DNA of 64,000 nt from Octopus sinensis (GCF_006345805.1 NC_042999.1:154132001-154196000); one strand, 5' to 3'; counted from the stretch's first letter, positions 25,402 through 38,900 are shown. The notes: generated from the sequence alone by a model not told the origin. Numbers and translations are program-made.

Positions 25402-27409
25402 TCTGGTAGAATTTCAAACCCAACCTTTTATTTGACTAATGGGGTAAACTTGTTCTCCTTCCTACGGTATGTTATTTTTCTGCTGATATTATTTTTGAAG
25501 TCCCTGCCTGGGATTGAACTGAGAATCTGAGGATTAGTAGCCCGCGCTATATGCCCATGGGCGATTATAGAGTGAATTTTAGAGCTTATAAACCTATTTT
25601 ATCTTTTCTTAATACTGGTTCCCATATTACATTCATATCTACACTAAGTCTGCTTCGGAGGTTATTGGGTCCTAGCGAATGTGTAACCCCTTTCAATTTT
25701 CGTATTTTCAGTGGTGCTCTCTGTCGATTATTTTAACTTCATCCCACAGCGGGACGGTACTTATTAGGCCTAATGCTTATTCTATCGTTCTCTTTTGTCG
25801 AACGGGGACGTGAAGAAACTAACACTGCGGGCTTCCTCGCAGATTCCGTCTATCAACTTCATTCCTAAAGCATTTGTAGGATCGTGGCTATAGAAGATAC
25901 GTACCCAAGGTTCCACACACTGAACCAGAAGCCAAGTGACTGAGAAGAGAGTTTAGCCATACAGCAGCTACGCTTGCGCCTATAATGTGAAATGTGTAGA
26001 ACAATAGAATACGTCCATATATAAATTTGGTAAAAGATATTAAAGAGATAATCAACGGCTTCATTTCTATGAAAGAAATGATTTTGTAGGCACTAAAACT
26101 ATTCTAGCAACCAACGAGAAATTAATACAAGTGGAAGAGCCCGGGTGATACATGTGTAGTGGGACAGGAAAACTTTTTTTCATGGCAACTTTAACCAATC
26201 AGAGCTGGGAGCGTAGGAATACCAAAGAGCAATTGTCCGTCCTCTTGGTTGGCGTGCGGATGGATTCGACACGGACCACATCGTTTCTCTAAGATGGAAC
26301 CTGCCTTTTTGTATTTCCTCAAAACCTTAGCGCCGCAAGCTTCTAAAACTTATTTGTTCAATATTAAGTTTTATCACTTTCCTCTAACTCCAACATAGAC
26401 ACCCGCTTCGTTCATCACTTGTCTTGTTTCTGACATTCATAACACTTATTTCAAAATTAGTGACCACTCACACTAAATTGGTGACTTCCCACAATGCTTA
26501 GATACCACATTAGTAACACGCTAAGCATGTAACCCCTGGACATTAATGGCTCGAGTGCAGAAACTCGTGAGACTGGTTACCTGGTTTCCATGGCGAATAA
26601 GTGACCGATGCCACAACATTCCTCACTTAGCGGGACGCCAGTTCGTCGCTGAGAGGAGTAACGTAAAAAAGTGTTTTCTTCAAAGCAAGCACACTGCTCC
26701 TTTTCAGAATCGAAACCACATATTGCGATCATGTGCACAACACGCGCCTTAACCCAAGTGATACAGCAAGAAATTCAATAGGCTTTATACTGATAAACCA
26801 ACAGGTTTATCAGTATTTAGTTTAGCAGGAAAGTACTACAGAGCAGACATCGAGCGGCAGAGTACCAGCAGACAAATGAATGTGAAAATATGAAAGAAGT
26901 TAGCATATTTTGTGAAACACATTGGTTGGAAAACTTAATCAGCATAAATGCTGAGCAATGTGAGATAAATAAAATGAGATCACAGACATACGTGAGTAAA
27001 CAAAATATTGAGATTAAAGACGAAAAAGAAACGTACGGCTTCATCATGCCTAGATTGCATCCAGATGGGTTGAATATATAAAAGGCTGTACGACGATGAG
27101 AACAGACCTCTTATTCAGAGATGCTAGAGGAAACAAGATCTCTATATGCGTGTGTGTAAACTGCAGTGAAAACGGCTTTTTACAGGTCGAATATGTCACT
27201 AACATATTTGAACTTATCTAAATGTTTAATATACAAAACTGCTTTTACCATCCAACTACACACACAAGTGTGCATACATACATTGTACACAGACATTATA
27301 TATATAAGTTGGTGTTTTACAGAGTTGGTAGTTTACAGAAAATAAAGAAAATCTCAAACACAGGAGAGCTGTGAAACCAGCTTAGAAGACGGGTAAAAGT
27401 GGCCAGCAA

Positions 27410-27485
27410 GTCGCTACTGAGAATCGAACTCTGTGCCTCTAAAATTCTGGCTGAGCGCTCTTTACCATTAAGCCAAGAGACCCCT
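27410..27485 (-). mobile_element. tRNA-like SINE head or tRNA pseudogene
   Basis: A box tggcttaatggtaaag and B box gagttcgattctc; no clean cloverleaf. Confidence 0.5.
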
Positions 27486-28185
27486 GAGAAAACAGGGAAA
27501 ATAGGATTAAAAAAAGGAGAAAAGTATACACGGTATACACTGGAAAAGATGTGCATAGCATACAAAGGTACAAAATAAAATAATAAAAAGGTTAGCCAGA
27601 AGAAATTGTTCTATAGTTTATTATATACAAGTAGAGAAAGTCTTCAAATTTCCAAGGAAATGGAGTGGAATGATAAGATGTGAAACGAAATAGAATAAGC
27701 TATTTACATTATAACATTTAAGAATTTGTCAAGCATTCAGTTCTTGAGAATGCTTGTAACTTTACTCAAGAAGCACACGCGTTCTCAAGGGCTCGACGGA
27801 AATTTTCATACACACACACACACATTTACGTGGATATATAATATTAAGTAGATAAATATTTGCCAAGCCAGTGGTGAAGGCGCATCAAACTGGCAACACT
27901 TGTTTGACTTACAGGTTAAGTCAGAAGTTGGTGTTGACAAAACTTAGACTGATAACGGACAGTCAAGAAATGACAGCAACGATAATGGAAAGAAAGAAAA
28001 ACGATTCACAGTGCAGTCATAGCTGCGTGGTTAAGGAGTTTGCTTCTATATCATGTTCTTTGATCCAGTGCACGGCACCTTGGACAAGTGTCGCCTTCTC
28101 TCCGCCCAAAGCACCGCATTGTCCTTATGAGTGGAATTCTTCCCACCACCTTTCTTTCACAAGTGTCGGAACTCAAGAATTTCTA

Positions 28186-28589
28186 TATTTCTTTACTACC
28201 CACAAGGGGCTAAACACAGAGAGAATTAAACGGATTAAGTCGATTATATCGACCCCAGTGCGTAACTGGTACTTATTTTATCGACCCCGAAAGGATGAAA
28301 GGGAAAGTCGACCTCGGCGGAATTTGAACTCAGAACGTAGCGGCAAACAAAATACCTATTTCTTTACTACCCACAAGGGGCTAAACACAGAGGGGACAAA
28401 CAAGGACAGACACATGGATTAAGTCGATTACATCGACCCCAGTACGTAACTGGTACTTATTTTATCGACCCCGAAAGGATGAAAGGCAAAGTCGACCTCG
28501 GCGGAATTTGAACTCGGAACGTAGCGGCAAACAAAATACCGCTAAGTATTTCGACCGGCGTGCTAACGATTCTGCCAGCTCACCGCCTT
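28186..28589 (-). mobile_element. Young SINE-B body dimer
   Basis: Two near-identical units joined at caaacaaaatacctatttctttactacc (about 28355). Confidence 0.92.
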
Positions 28590-30007
28590 ATGAATTTCTA
28601 TACCAAACACAGAACATTCATGATTTTCTTAATAATACGAAAATAACTTCCTGTTGCTGCCTTATACCAGTCTATTCACATTCAAGCCATCTGCTCTCTT
28701 GGGTTTACTCTAAAGGCACAGGGCCTACGTGACATGTTAAGGGGCCAGTCTCCTTCTGTGTGTACAGGACCATTTTCTGCTAGATGACCCACAACTGGGA
28801 CTCCTTAACAGACAACTACCTTGCCCAGAACGGACCCGGGAGTACTAGTAACCAAAGTCTAACTTCAGTCTATCCTAAACTCCTGGAGTCTCACAACTAG
28901 ATGTTAGTTGATGGTTTATTCGGTGAAATTTACTAGACAAGAACAACGCGGGAACCCGTGCTCTGCACATAGCAGCTAAATATATCTAAAACCACACTGT
29001 ACTGTCACATTAAGGAAATGAAACATTGGATAATGTAGTCGGAGATACTGTATGGGTAGGGAGTTGGGATAGACACAATTGGAAAGCCCTCAATCTGGGC
29101 ATGATGATGCCGTACGTTTCTGTTTTCGTAATTTTGAAATTACTGGTGTCTGCGTCACCAGTAATTTCAAAAGTAGCGAGTCAAACGAGGGAATCTTTCG
29201 GGGTCGGTCGATCTGCAAGAAATAGCAACCAAATCGCCATTAAATCAAGCTTTGTAGCCTTTCAAAAGGAAAGGTGGATTGGATATTGTAAACCTAGGTA
29301 CACTATGTCTAGAAAAAGATATGATGGCTACGACTGGAATGTCTCATCTCAAATACGCTTGATCAGCACAGCAACAAAAAAGAACCAAATCTCTTTTTAA
29401 AAAAGTCCTGCTCTCTTTTAAAAGTGTGCGTTGGATAATGTAACCTACTCTTTTACTAGTTTCAGTAATAGTACAGTAAAAAGCCTCAACGCTAGACATA
29501 GTAGCTAAATTCCATTAAGCCACATAAAAAAAATCTTGAAAAACAAAACACAAAGGGCACATAATGTAGTCTTAGATAGACATATGATCAAAGATATCCC
29601 ACCCTTGTTTTTTATACGTGCATTTAATCAGGGATTACCAGGAAATTAATCAATAATTATGAAATATAGTAGAGATCTCTGGAAAAACAACAAAATAGGA
29701 AGTTAGATGCACCAAGTCAACTGACGTTTATATGCAAGTATGTGAATAAACGTGTTTGGGTGAGAGAGGAGGGTGAAAGCAAGGAGATTGAAGTGAAATT
29801 GTTTGCATTTATTGCGAAAGGACAATGAAAAAAAGGAAGTCTTCACCAAGAAGAGAATTTGTTTCAGTTGGAGTGAAAAGGTTTTGTTGTACTTTCATGA
29901 CCCAAGTACAAAAAAAAAACTACTTTGAAGTAAGACAAGTCATCTAACTTTAACCGCGGTTGCTTCAAAGAGCAACAAAATTGTCCTCATTGTACAATAA
30001 CCAATTG

Positions 30008-30054
<47 letters not shown>

Positions 30055-30613
30055 GATAGAGAGAGAGTAAACTGGATAATGCAGTCTTCTATACACAGTT
30101 TTTTTTCTTTTTTTTTTTCTTGAGAGATGGGAGACGATACAGTCACATTCTGAATGTATTTAGTCATAGGTCTTCATGATGAGGCTTAATAAGATTAAAA
30201 TATGTACAGAGGTGTCTCCCCTTCCTTGCTGAAATTACTTGTACATAGGGGAAACGCCTTGAATCTACCTCAGCGCGTTTTAAATCTAGTACTTATTCTA
30301 TTAGTCTCTTTTGCCGAACCACTAAGTTACAGGAACGTAAACACACCAACACCGCCTGTCAAGTGTTGCAATGGGGACAAACAAACCCGAAGACAGACAA
30401 ACACACACACATACACACACGACAGGCTTTTTTCAGTTTTCGTCTACCAACTCCGCTCATAAGGCATTGGTTGACCCGAGGTTATAGCAGAAAACAGTTG
30501 CCGAAGGTGCCACGCAGCGAGACTGAACGCAGAACTATGGGGTTGGGAAGCAAACTCTTACCACACCGCCAGGACTGCGCCTTATACTTGTATGAATAGT
30601 AGCTTAATACTTC

Positions 30614-30948
30614 GGTACTATTTAAGAACAGTGGTCCCGGTGCACGCACTCGCGTACTCGCGCCTCCGCGCTAGCTAGTCGATCCTACAACGACTACCTA
30701 GCAAAGTAAATAAAACAAAATAATTTTTTTTACACAAAGTAAATAATTTTTGTCAAAGTAAATAAAACACAAAAACACAAAGTAAATAATTTTTTTAAAC
30801 AAAGTAAATAAAACACAAAAACGCAAAGTAAATAAGTTTTTTAAACAAAGTAAATAAAACACAAAAACAAAGTAAGGATCGACTAGTTACGACTAGCTAG
30901 CGCGAGTACGCGAGTGTGCGCACCGGACCACTGTTCTTAAGTAGTACC
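30614..30948. mobile_element. Merlin-like (IS1016-related) MITE with internal CAAAGTAAATA array
   Basis: TIRs start GGTAC (fits Merlin GGNRM), about 65 bp imperfect; 8-bp TSD aatacttc / aacacttc. Confidence 0.75.
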
Positions 30949-31500
30949 AACACTTCAATGTCACTAAACCAATTGCTTGTAAGATAAGGATTTAACTAGA
31001 AACTCGTTTATTTACAGGCTATTGCCGAACGGAGCACGAAACGGAATTCATCATCGAAGCTCTACACAAACAAACAATGAGAAGAATGGTCAGCGTCGCA
31101 TATAAGAATTATGGTTAGCGAAGTATTCCAGGTTTTAAATTATTAGGTAAGTTTAAAAGAGAAAAAGACTTTTTTTTTTATTTCCTTTTATTCAATTCAA
31201 AAATTTGCTGCTAAATATTGGTTGTGAGATTAAGAAATTCGCATTGTAGCCACGTGAAACCTTGAGCAAGTGCATTCTACTATAGCCCTAGGCCGATCAA
31301 AGCCTTGTAAGTGGATTTGGCAGATGGAAACAAAAAGAAAACCATCATATATATATATATATATATTTTTTTTTTTTACTTGTTTATATATATATACATA
31401 CATACACACACACACACACATACCAGAGTAAGCACATAAATGTGAAACAAGGTGGGAAAAATATCTTGTTTCCACCTGGTATTCGAGTGTATGTATGTAC

Positions 31501-31533
<33 letters not shown>

Positions 31534-31835
31534 CACATACACACACGCCGGTTCGGAGAAGAAAAAAAAGCAGCCAGTACCGGCAAAAAGTACTTAGTTC
31601 GATTTGTCCGACCAAAAACCTTTCAAAGTGGTGCCCCAACATGGCCGCAGCCCAATGACTGAAACAACTAAAGGAAGTGAATAACATGTGATACACAACC
31701 GATTCTTAATCCTACATAATCGATTCCTAATCCTTCCATCACGAAGCAAATATTGATCTCCGGATGCTAATTCGAAATCTGTCAAGCAGAAGCCGTTTCG
31801 ACAGTTTCAAAGAAGTCAATATCTTATAACTTAGA

Positions 31836-32291
31836 CATGTTTCAGCCATTTGACTGCGGCCATACTGGATCACCGCCTTGAAGGGTGTTAGTCGAAGAAA
31901 TCAACCCCGGGACTTATTCTTTGTAAGCCCAGTACTTATTCTATCGGTCTTTTTTATCGAGTCGCTAAGTTCCGGGGACATAAACACGCCAGCTTCGGTT
32001 GTCAAGCGATGGTGGGGAGACAGACATAGACACACAAACATATACAGATATATATATACGACAGGCTTCTTTCAGTTTCCGTCAATCAAATCCACTCACA
32101 AGGCTTTGGTTGGTCTGAGGCTATATCAGAAAACACTTGACGAAAGTGCCATGTAGTGGGACTGAACCCTCATAAGGCTTTGGTCGGGCCGAGGCTATAG
32201 TAGAAGACACTTGCCCAAGGTGCCACGCAGTGGGACTGAAACTGGAACCATGTGGTTGGTAAGCAAGCTACTTACCACACAGCCACTCCTG
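31836..32291 (-). mobile_element. SINE-A copy with duplicated 5' segment
   Basis: aaggctttggt...gtgccatgtagtgggactgaa occurs twice (about 32100 and 32175). Confidence 0.8.
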
Positions 32292-33529
32292 TATACGTAT
32301 TTGTAAGCGTGTGTCTTTACATCGCCTGATACTTGCAGACGGATATCACCGTCATACAAGTAGAGTTATTCATCTTAAATTTCCTGTGAAAAACATGTCC
32401 AGCCATGAGGAAAAACCATGCCTAGATGGGAAACAGATGAGGCTGGAGATGAGAAAGACATCCATCCGTAGGAAATCCGTCTCAACATCTTTTCGTCTAA
32501 CTCATGCAAGCATGGAAAAGTAGACGCTAAAATTATTATATAGAGATATCATCATCATCATTTAACATCCGCCTTCCTTGCTGTCATGAGTTGAACAGTT
32601 TGACAAGAGCTGACCAAGCAGAAAACTGCACCAGATTACCGTGTATGTTTTGGTACAGTTTTTACGGCTCATGCCCTTCCTAACACCAACTACTCAGCAG
32701 AGTGGATTGAATGCTTTTTATGTGGCACCAACACAGACGGAGTCAGTTTTGGCAAGGTTTTTACAGCTGGATGCCCTTCCAAACGCCAACCACTTTACAG
32801 TGTGGACTGGATACTTTTTACATGGTACAAGCACCGGTAGTGTCACCAAGTAACTTGCGAGACAAACATCTTTTGAGAGTGGAGGGGACATTGGAGGGGG
32901 TGATCTTGTGTCAGATGATGAAAGGTTAGAGTGTAACAGAGAAACAGAAACAAGTGTCTTGCTGTAGAGGAGGTACAAGGTTACTCGACCAGAGAGAGAG
33001 AGAGTGATCAGAAATGAGGAAAGAAACAGGCGTGCTGCTGTAAAGGAGATACGTGGTTACCCAACCAGAGGGAAGAGCAAGGGGAAAGACAGTGGGAGAC
33101 AGAAAGAGTGCAAGAGAGAGCAGGAGAGATATGGTGGTGAAGTGCCGGTGCATACTCACAAGGGTCAGGCATCAGAATATAAATGGGATGGTAGAGTAAA
33201 ATGAGAAATAGATGGTGGAAAGTTCCAGAGCATACTCTTGAGGTACGTAAGTCATAATACAAGAGGCAGTGCATTGCCAAAGAAGCGCGAGTAGAGAGTG
33301 GGGGTGCGGGATGCAGCGACTGGTGAAAACCTGGGTATATAGAGGGGGTGAGGGACTACTGAATAGCAATGATATAGTGAGCAGGGCATTAAAAGCAGGA
33401 TTGGGGAGTGAGAGATAAGTATAATGCATGAAAGAGGAAATGCGAGGAAGAGATGTAGTTTGGTTTGTTGGAGTAGGGTTTGAGAAAAGTTTTATTGCTA
33501 CATGTGGGTGGAACACACAGCGCCTCTAG

Positions 33530-33915
33530 AACTCAGTTTCGCCGACGAGGCAGATCTTTGCAAGAAACCCACATCACCAGACATCTAAGTCCTTTGTCAT
33601 TTCCTCCGTGAGGCCCAAAACCCTGAGATCGGTCCTCACCTCTTCATCCCATGTCTTCCTGGCTCTCCCTCTTCCGCCGCGGGTACCATACACTTTCAAT
33701 GATCGGCACATTATACAGCTGCCTTCATTCATACGCATCACATGTCCAAACCAACGTAGTTTTCTCTCTTGCATGCTGCATTTGATTCCTCTTATGCCCA
33801 ACTTTTCTCTCAACACGTTTGCACTTTGTCATACATGCACACTGATGCTGCACATCCAACAGACCATACTGCCTTCATTTCTCTCTACACACGTATTCTA
33901 CATTCACAGCACATG
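33530..33915 (-). pseudogene. RTE-BovB-like LINE 3' fragment
   Basis: LREKLGIRGIKCSMQERKLRWFGHVMRM...RGRARKTWDEEVRTDLRVLGLTEEMTKDLDVW. Confidence 0.9.
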
Positions 33916-34370
33916 TCTCACTACTATGGAGTATAGCCGCTTGTTTCAGTCATTTTACTGCAGCCATACTGGAGCACCGCCTTGAAAGTCTGTTTTAGTC
34001 GAACGTGGAAATACCTGGGTGGGTGTCCAGGCGCAAAGTTGGCCTACTAAGAGGGAGAGGTCCTTCTGTTGATGTCATGACATCTCTCTGGGAGAGGGGA
34101 AACTCCGAGAGAAAATCCGCGACACTGACGCCTGATTTTGACTAGTTCGATGATCTTGACTAGTTCTTTTCGAGTTTATGTTGTCCATGTTCAGAGAGTG
34201 GGATTGGATTTGTGCAAATCCTTTCCCCACGATAAAAAAAAAAAATCATCATGCTGAGGCATCGCGTGAAAAAAAAAAAAAAAACTAAGACCTATCACAA
34301 AAATGGTTGGTCGTAGCCTTCGCCTGTGTGGGGCTTTCGATCGGGCGATGGAAGTAATCGAACAGTAATC

Positions 34371-34602
34371 AAGGCGGCGAGCTGGCAGAATCGTTAGCAT
34401 GCCAGACGAAATGCTTAGCAGTATTTCGTCTGCCGCTACGTTCTGAGTTCAAATTCCACCGAGGTTGACTTTGCCTTTCATCCTTTCGGGGTCGATTAAA
34501 TAAGTACCAGTTACGCACTGGGGTTGATATAATCGACTTAATCCGTTTGTCTGTCCTTGTTTGTCCTCTCTGTGTTTAGCCCCTTGTGGGTAGCAAAGAA
34601 AC
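34371..34602 (+). mobile_element. Full-length SINE-B with target-site duplication
   Basis: A box tggcagaatcgtt, B box gagttcaaattcc; 14-bp repeat aagtaatcgaacag at 34352 and 34603. Confidence 0.92.
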
Positions 34603-34974
34603 AAGTAATCGAACAGGAGTTTGTTTGCGTGCGGGCGGTTTGTAGGTGTATGTATACAAACACAGAGAAACACACAAGTATTATGCCATCATTATAATGA
34701 AAAGCAAAGACAATGAAAATCTCTCTAAGTTAGTTTTAGCTTGCGATAGAAAGAAAATATTAGAAATAAAATACAATAAAAAAAAAACTGCTTGAAAAGA
34801 GATAGGAAGAATAAAAAAGCAAGATTAGAATTCTTAGAACACTTCCGTAATGTTGGACAGTACAATTAATTTACCCAGGTCGTTCATCCTAGTTCCAATA
34901 TGGGAAAACGGCAAAACAAAAACAAAAAAATAGGTCATACTAATTGAAACTGGTTGTTTTGGGTTACTGACATG

Positions 34975-35260
34975 CGATGAGTATGTGTAGGAGAGGAGGA
35001 GAGAGACATGACATTTTGTGTGTGTGTGTCAGACAGAGCAGTGTGAGTGTGTGTGTGATAGACAGAGAGAGAGAGAGTAGTGTATGAGAGAAATGAGCTG
35101 AGGGGAGAGAGATAGGGAAAGAGAGAGAAAGAGCAGTGAGAGTGTAAGAGAGACAAAGTAGAGGTGAGAGAGAGAGACAGACAGCTGCGCATGTGTGTGC
35201 ATGAGAGAGAAACATTGAACGGTGTGTGTGACAGAGACAGAGAAAGATAGTGTGTATGTG
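34975..35260. repeat. GA/GT-rich low-complexity tract
   Basis: Degenerate (GA)n and (GT)n mosaic. Confidence 0.85.
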
Positions 35261-35707
35261 GGTAACATGGATAATTGAATTTTTTTTTTTTTTTAATGTA
35301 AAGAACTGTTAAATCAATAAAATTCTGAGGTTGGTATCCAGTTTATCTATCCATTTTTAGCTCATAAGCTGACATGCATATGTCAGACCTCTTTCTTTCC
35401 TTCCTACTATAAGCCATGCATGTAAGTAGAGCCATAGTTTTGCAAAAAACATGCTTCAAATGTTTGGAGGGTATATTTTTGAGGTAAGGATGTGTATTCG
35501 CCAATTGGAGTTTGTTGATTAAAAGTTTCATGTGACACCTTGGGCAAGTGTCTTCTACTATGGCCTTGTAATTGGGTAGACGGAAATTGAGAGAAGCCTG
35601 TGGTGTGTGTCTTTGTCAAATGGTAATAGTGTTGGTGTGTTTATGTCCCTGGAACTTAGCGGTTTGGCTAAAGGAGACTGATAGACTAAGTACCAGGCTT
35701 TAAAGAA

Positions 35708-35740
<33 letters not shown>

Positions 35741-35744
35741 AAGG

Positions 35745-35795
35745 AGCTTCTACAGGACTAGAACTGTTTCATTCCGATGAAATCTTCAGGAAGCT
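35745..35795 (-). ncRNA. Type I hammerhead ribozyme in a ~100-bp element between (TA)n tracts
   Basis: agcttc-CUGAAGA-tttc atcg gaat-GAAAC-ag ttctagtc ct-GUA-gaagct: 6-bp stem I, 4-bp stem III, one mismatch at the base of stem II. Confidence 0.8.
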
Positions 35796-35847
35796 GGCTG
35801 TCAAAATAAGTTCTGGTATATATACATTTAGGCAGATTTAATGTATA

Positions 35848-35909
<62 letters not shown>

Positions 35910-38900
35910 TTTCTTTATTGGCCATGCTGGGCTAAACACTCATACATAGTCAGACAGACAGATATGGTACTGTGGTCAATTTATTCGACCAAAATTTCTT
36001 CAAAGCATTGCCCCAACATGGCCGCAGTCTACTGACAAACAAGTAAAACATGAGAGATAAAACAGGAAGACTAAACTTCTGTACACTGTTTAAATTTGCT
36101 GTTGTTGTTTAATTGGAAGAGGACTAATGGCTACTATGACTGGTAGGAGGAAGAGAGGAAATTGTCCTGGGGATAGAGAGAGATGGCTTGAATATTTAGC
36201 ATCAGAGTGGACTCCATTTAGGTACCCAATGGTCAGGTGGTGATATCAAACTAGGAAATAACATACATTATCTCTCTAATGGTGACAAAAGCACTCTGAT
36301 GAATCTAGCTGAGAGAATGACTGACAGAATTATTAATTAAACACTCCATTTGTTAATTGGTTGAATGGCTAACTAGTTTAATAATAACGATGCTTCTTTA
36401 TGATTTTGAAAAAAATACAAGCAATTTTGAGAGGAGGGGGGGAAGTTGATTACATGGACTCCAGGATTCCGCCAGTGCTTTATTTTATCAGCCTACGACA
36501 AAGATGAAAGTTAATGCCGACCTCAGCAACATTTGAACTCAGAATGTAAGGAGCCAAAGAAATGTTAATCTGCACTAACAATTCTGTCAGCTCACCACCA
36601 TAATAATAATAATAATAAAAATAATAATAATAATAATGGTTTCAAATTTTGCCACAAGGGCAGCCATTTTGTGGAGAGGGGATGAGTCGATTACATCTAC
36701 CCCAGTGTTCAACTAGTACTTATGTTATCGACCCCCAAAAGGATGAAAGGTGAAGTCGACCTCTGTGAAAATTGTACTCAGAACATAGCAACAGGCATAA
36801 TACTGTTAAGCATTTCATCCAGCGTGCTAACGATTCTACCAGCTCCTTTCTACTAAATTTGGGGGAAGAGGGCGAGTCGATTTAATTGACCCCAGTGCTT
36901 AACTGGTACTTATATAATCAACTTCAAAAGGATGAAAGGCAAAGTCAACCCTAGAGGAATATGAACTCAGAATGTATGTGTATGTACATATATGTGTGTG
37001 AGTGTGTTTATGGTTTTTGTTTGCCTCCCAACAAAAAAACACAAGTTATGGGGAACATAAACAAACCAATGCTGGTTTGTTTACATTCCCATAAGGTAAC
37101 AGTCTGGTAAAAAAAAGATTGACAAAACAAGTACCAGGTTTAAGGAAAAAAGTCCTGGGGTTAATATGTTCAACTAAAACTTTCGAGGGTGAGCACCAGC
37201 TGAGCTACCCTCTAATAAGAACAAAAGGAGACTAACAGTTGCTTTTGTTTTTGCTTTTATTTGTTTGTCATTTGACTATGGGGTCATGCTGGAGCACCAC
37301 CTTTCAGTCGAACAAATCGACCCCAAGACTTATTCTGTGTAAGCCTAGTACTTATTCTATCGGAGTCTTTTGCTGAACCACTAAGTTACCAGCATTGGTT
37401 GTCAAGCAATGGGGGGGGGGAAACACAGACACACAAACATACATGCACATACATACATATATATATATACACATAACAGGCTTCTTTCAGTTTCCGTCTA
37501 CCAAATCCACTCAAGGCTTTGGTTGGCCTGAGGCTATAGCAGAAGACACTTGCCCAAGGTGCCATGCAGTGGGACTGAACCTGGAACCACACAGCCACTC
37601 CTGCGCCTATGTTTGTTATATATTAATTTCAATAACTGAACATTCTGTAGCCATTGTTGTCGTCGTTGTTCAACACTGGGTCATTTCAGTAGACAGGTAA
37701 TCAAAAACACACCAGACGTGATCATCCCAACATCATCATTGTTTAACATCCGCTTTCCATGCTGGCATGGGTTGGACGGTCTGACTGAGGACAGGCAAGC
37801 CAGGAGGCTGTACCGGGCTCCAATCTGATCTGGCAATGTTTCTACAGCTGGATGCCCTTCCTAATGTCAACCATTCTAAGAGTGTAGTGGGTGCTTTTTA
37901 CGTGCCACTGGGACGGGGGCCAGTCAGGCAGCACTGGCATTGACCCGCACATTTATTCAAACAATCAGTATACTTGAAACTACATAATCCAATGACTCCT
38001 GCTATTTTTCAAGACAGCCTGGCATGAACTGAGGGAGATTAAGCTGCTACTTCTAGCAGACCATGCAACAATATAGAGACTCTTTCATTGGTCCAGTACA
38101 GATAATGTAGGCTTTCCTGATATGGCATGCAGAAAACACCAAGTATGCTTAGGATATAAGGTAGTTTCAGGTTTAGTACCAGCAACCAGCATTAAACAAT
38201 TCTTGCATCCACTTGAATGAAATGCCAACTTTCTATGTGAGTGAATCTATTTTAAATTCTTCATAATGTCAGTAAATATAATAGGCTCCGCCTGTTAAAA
38301 TGCCATCCAAATCAGTGCATACAGAACTACTTCAGCAATTATTCACGGATAGTAATTCCTAGGCTTGGCTGTGTAGTTCACAAGTTTGTATCCTAGCCAT
38401 GTGGCTGCAGGTTCTAGCTCCACAGCATGACATCCTGACCAGAGTCTTAGCTGCAATGGCTGCAGGCCAAACAAAGACTTGTGAGTGGATTTAGTAGACA
38501 GACATGTATTGTGTGTGTATGTGTGTGTACACATACACACACACATTTATATACGCAGGTATATGTGGCTTTATAGTAAGCGTATAGCCTTGGGCTGACT
38601 GAAGTCGTTAGATTTGGTAGATGGAAACTGAAAGAAGCCTGTTGTATATATGTGTCTCCCCGACCAATGCCTGACAACTGGTGTTGATGTGTTTATGTCC
38701 CTATAACTTAGTACTTTACAGAGTGTACTGGGTGCTTTTTACATGGCACCAGCACCAACAGGGTTAAGTACCTTACAATACATACATATATGTAGAAATA
38801 AATGTGTGTGTACCCTTGTTTTAACATCATGTAATGATAGTCAACAACCATCATCAATGGACAAGCAATTTTGCTCCTTTCAAAGTCTTCCAAAGAAAAC

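Noticed and set aside
27871-28422. 183-aa plus-strand ORF
   Set aside because: Its second half is antisense SINE-B dimer; no protein motif.
29026-29400. 124-aa ORF
   Set aside because: Overlaps decayed repeats with the gaaatagcagccaaa / ttggataatgtagtc motifs; no splice or homology support.
30700-30866. CRISPR-like repeat-spacer look of the CAAAGTAAATA array
   Set aside because: Eukaryotic context, 11-bp repeats with short similar AT-rich spacers inside a TIR element.
34371-34460. tRNA genes at SINE heads
   Set aside because: A and B boxes present but no full cloverleaf; they continue into SINE bodies.
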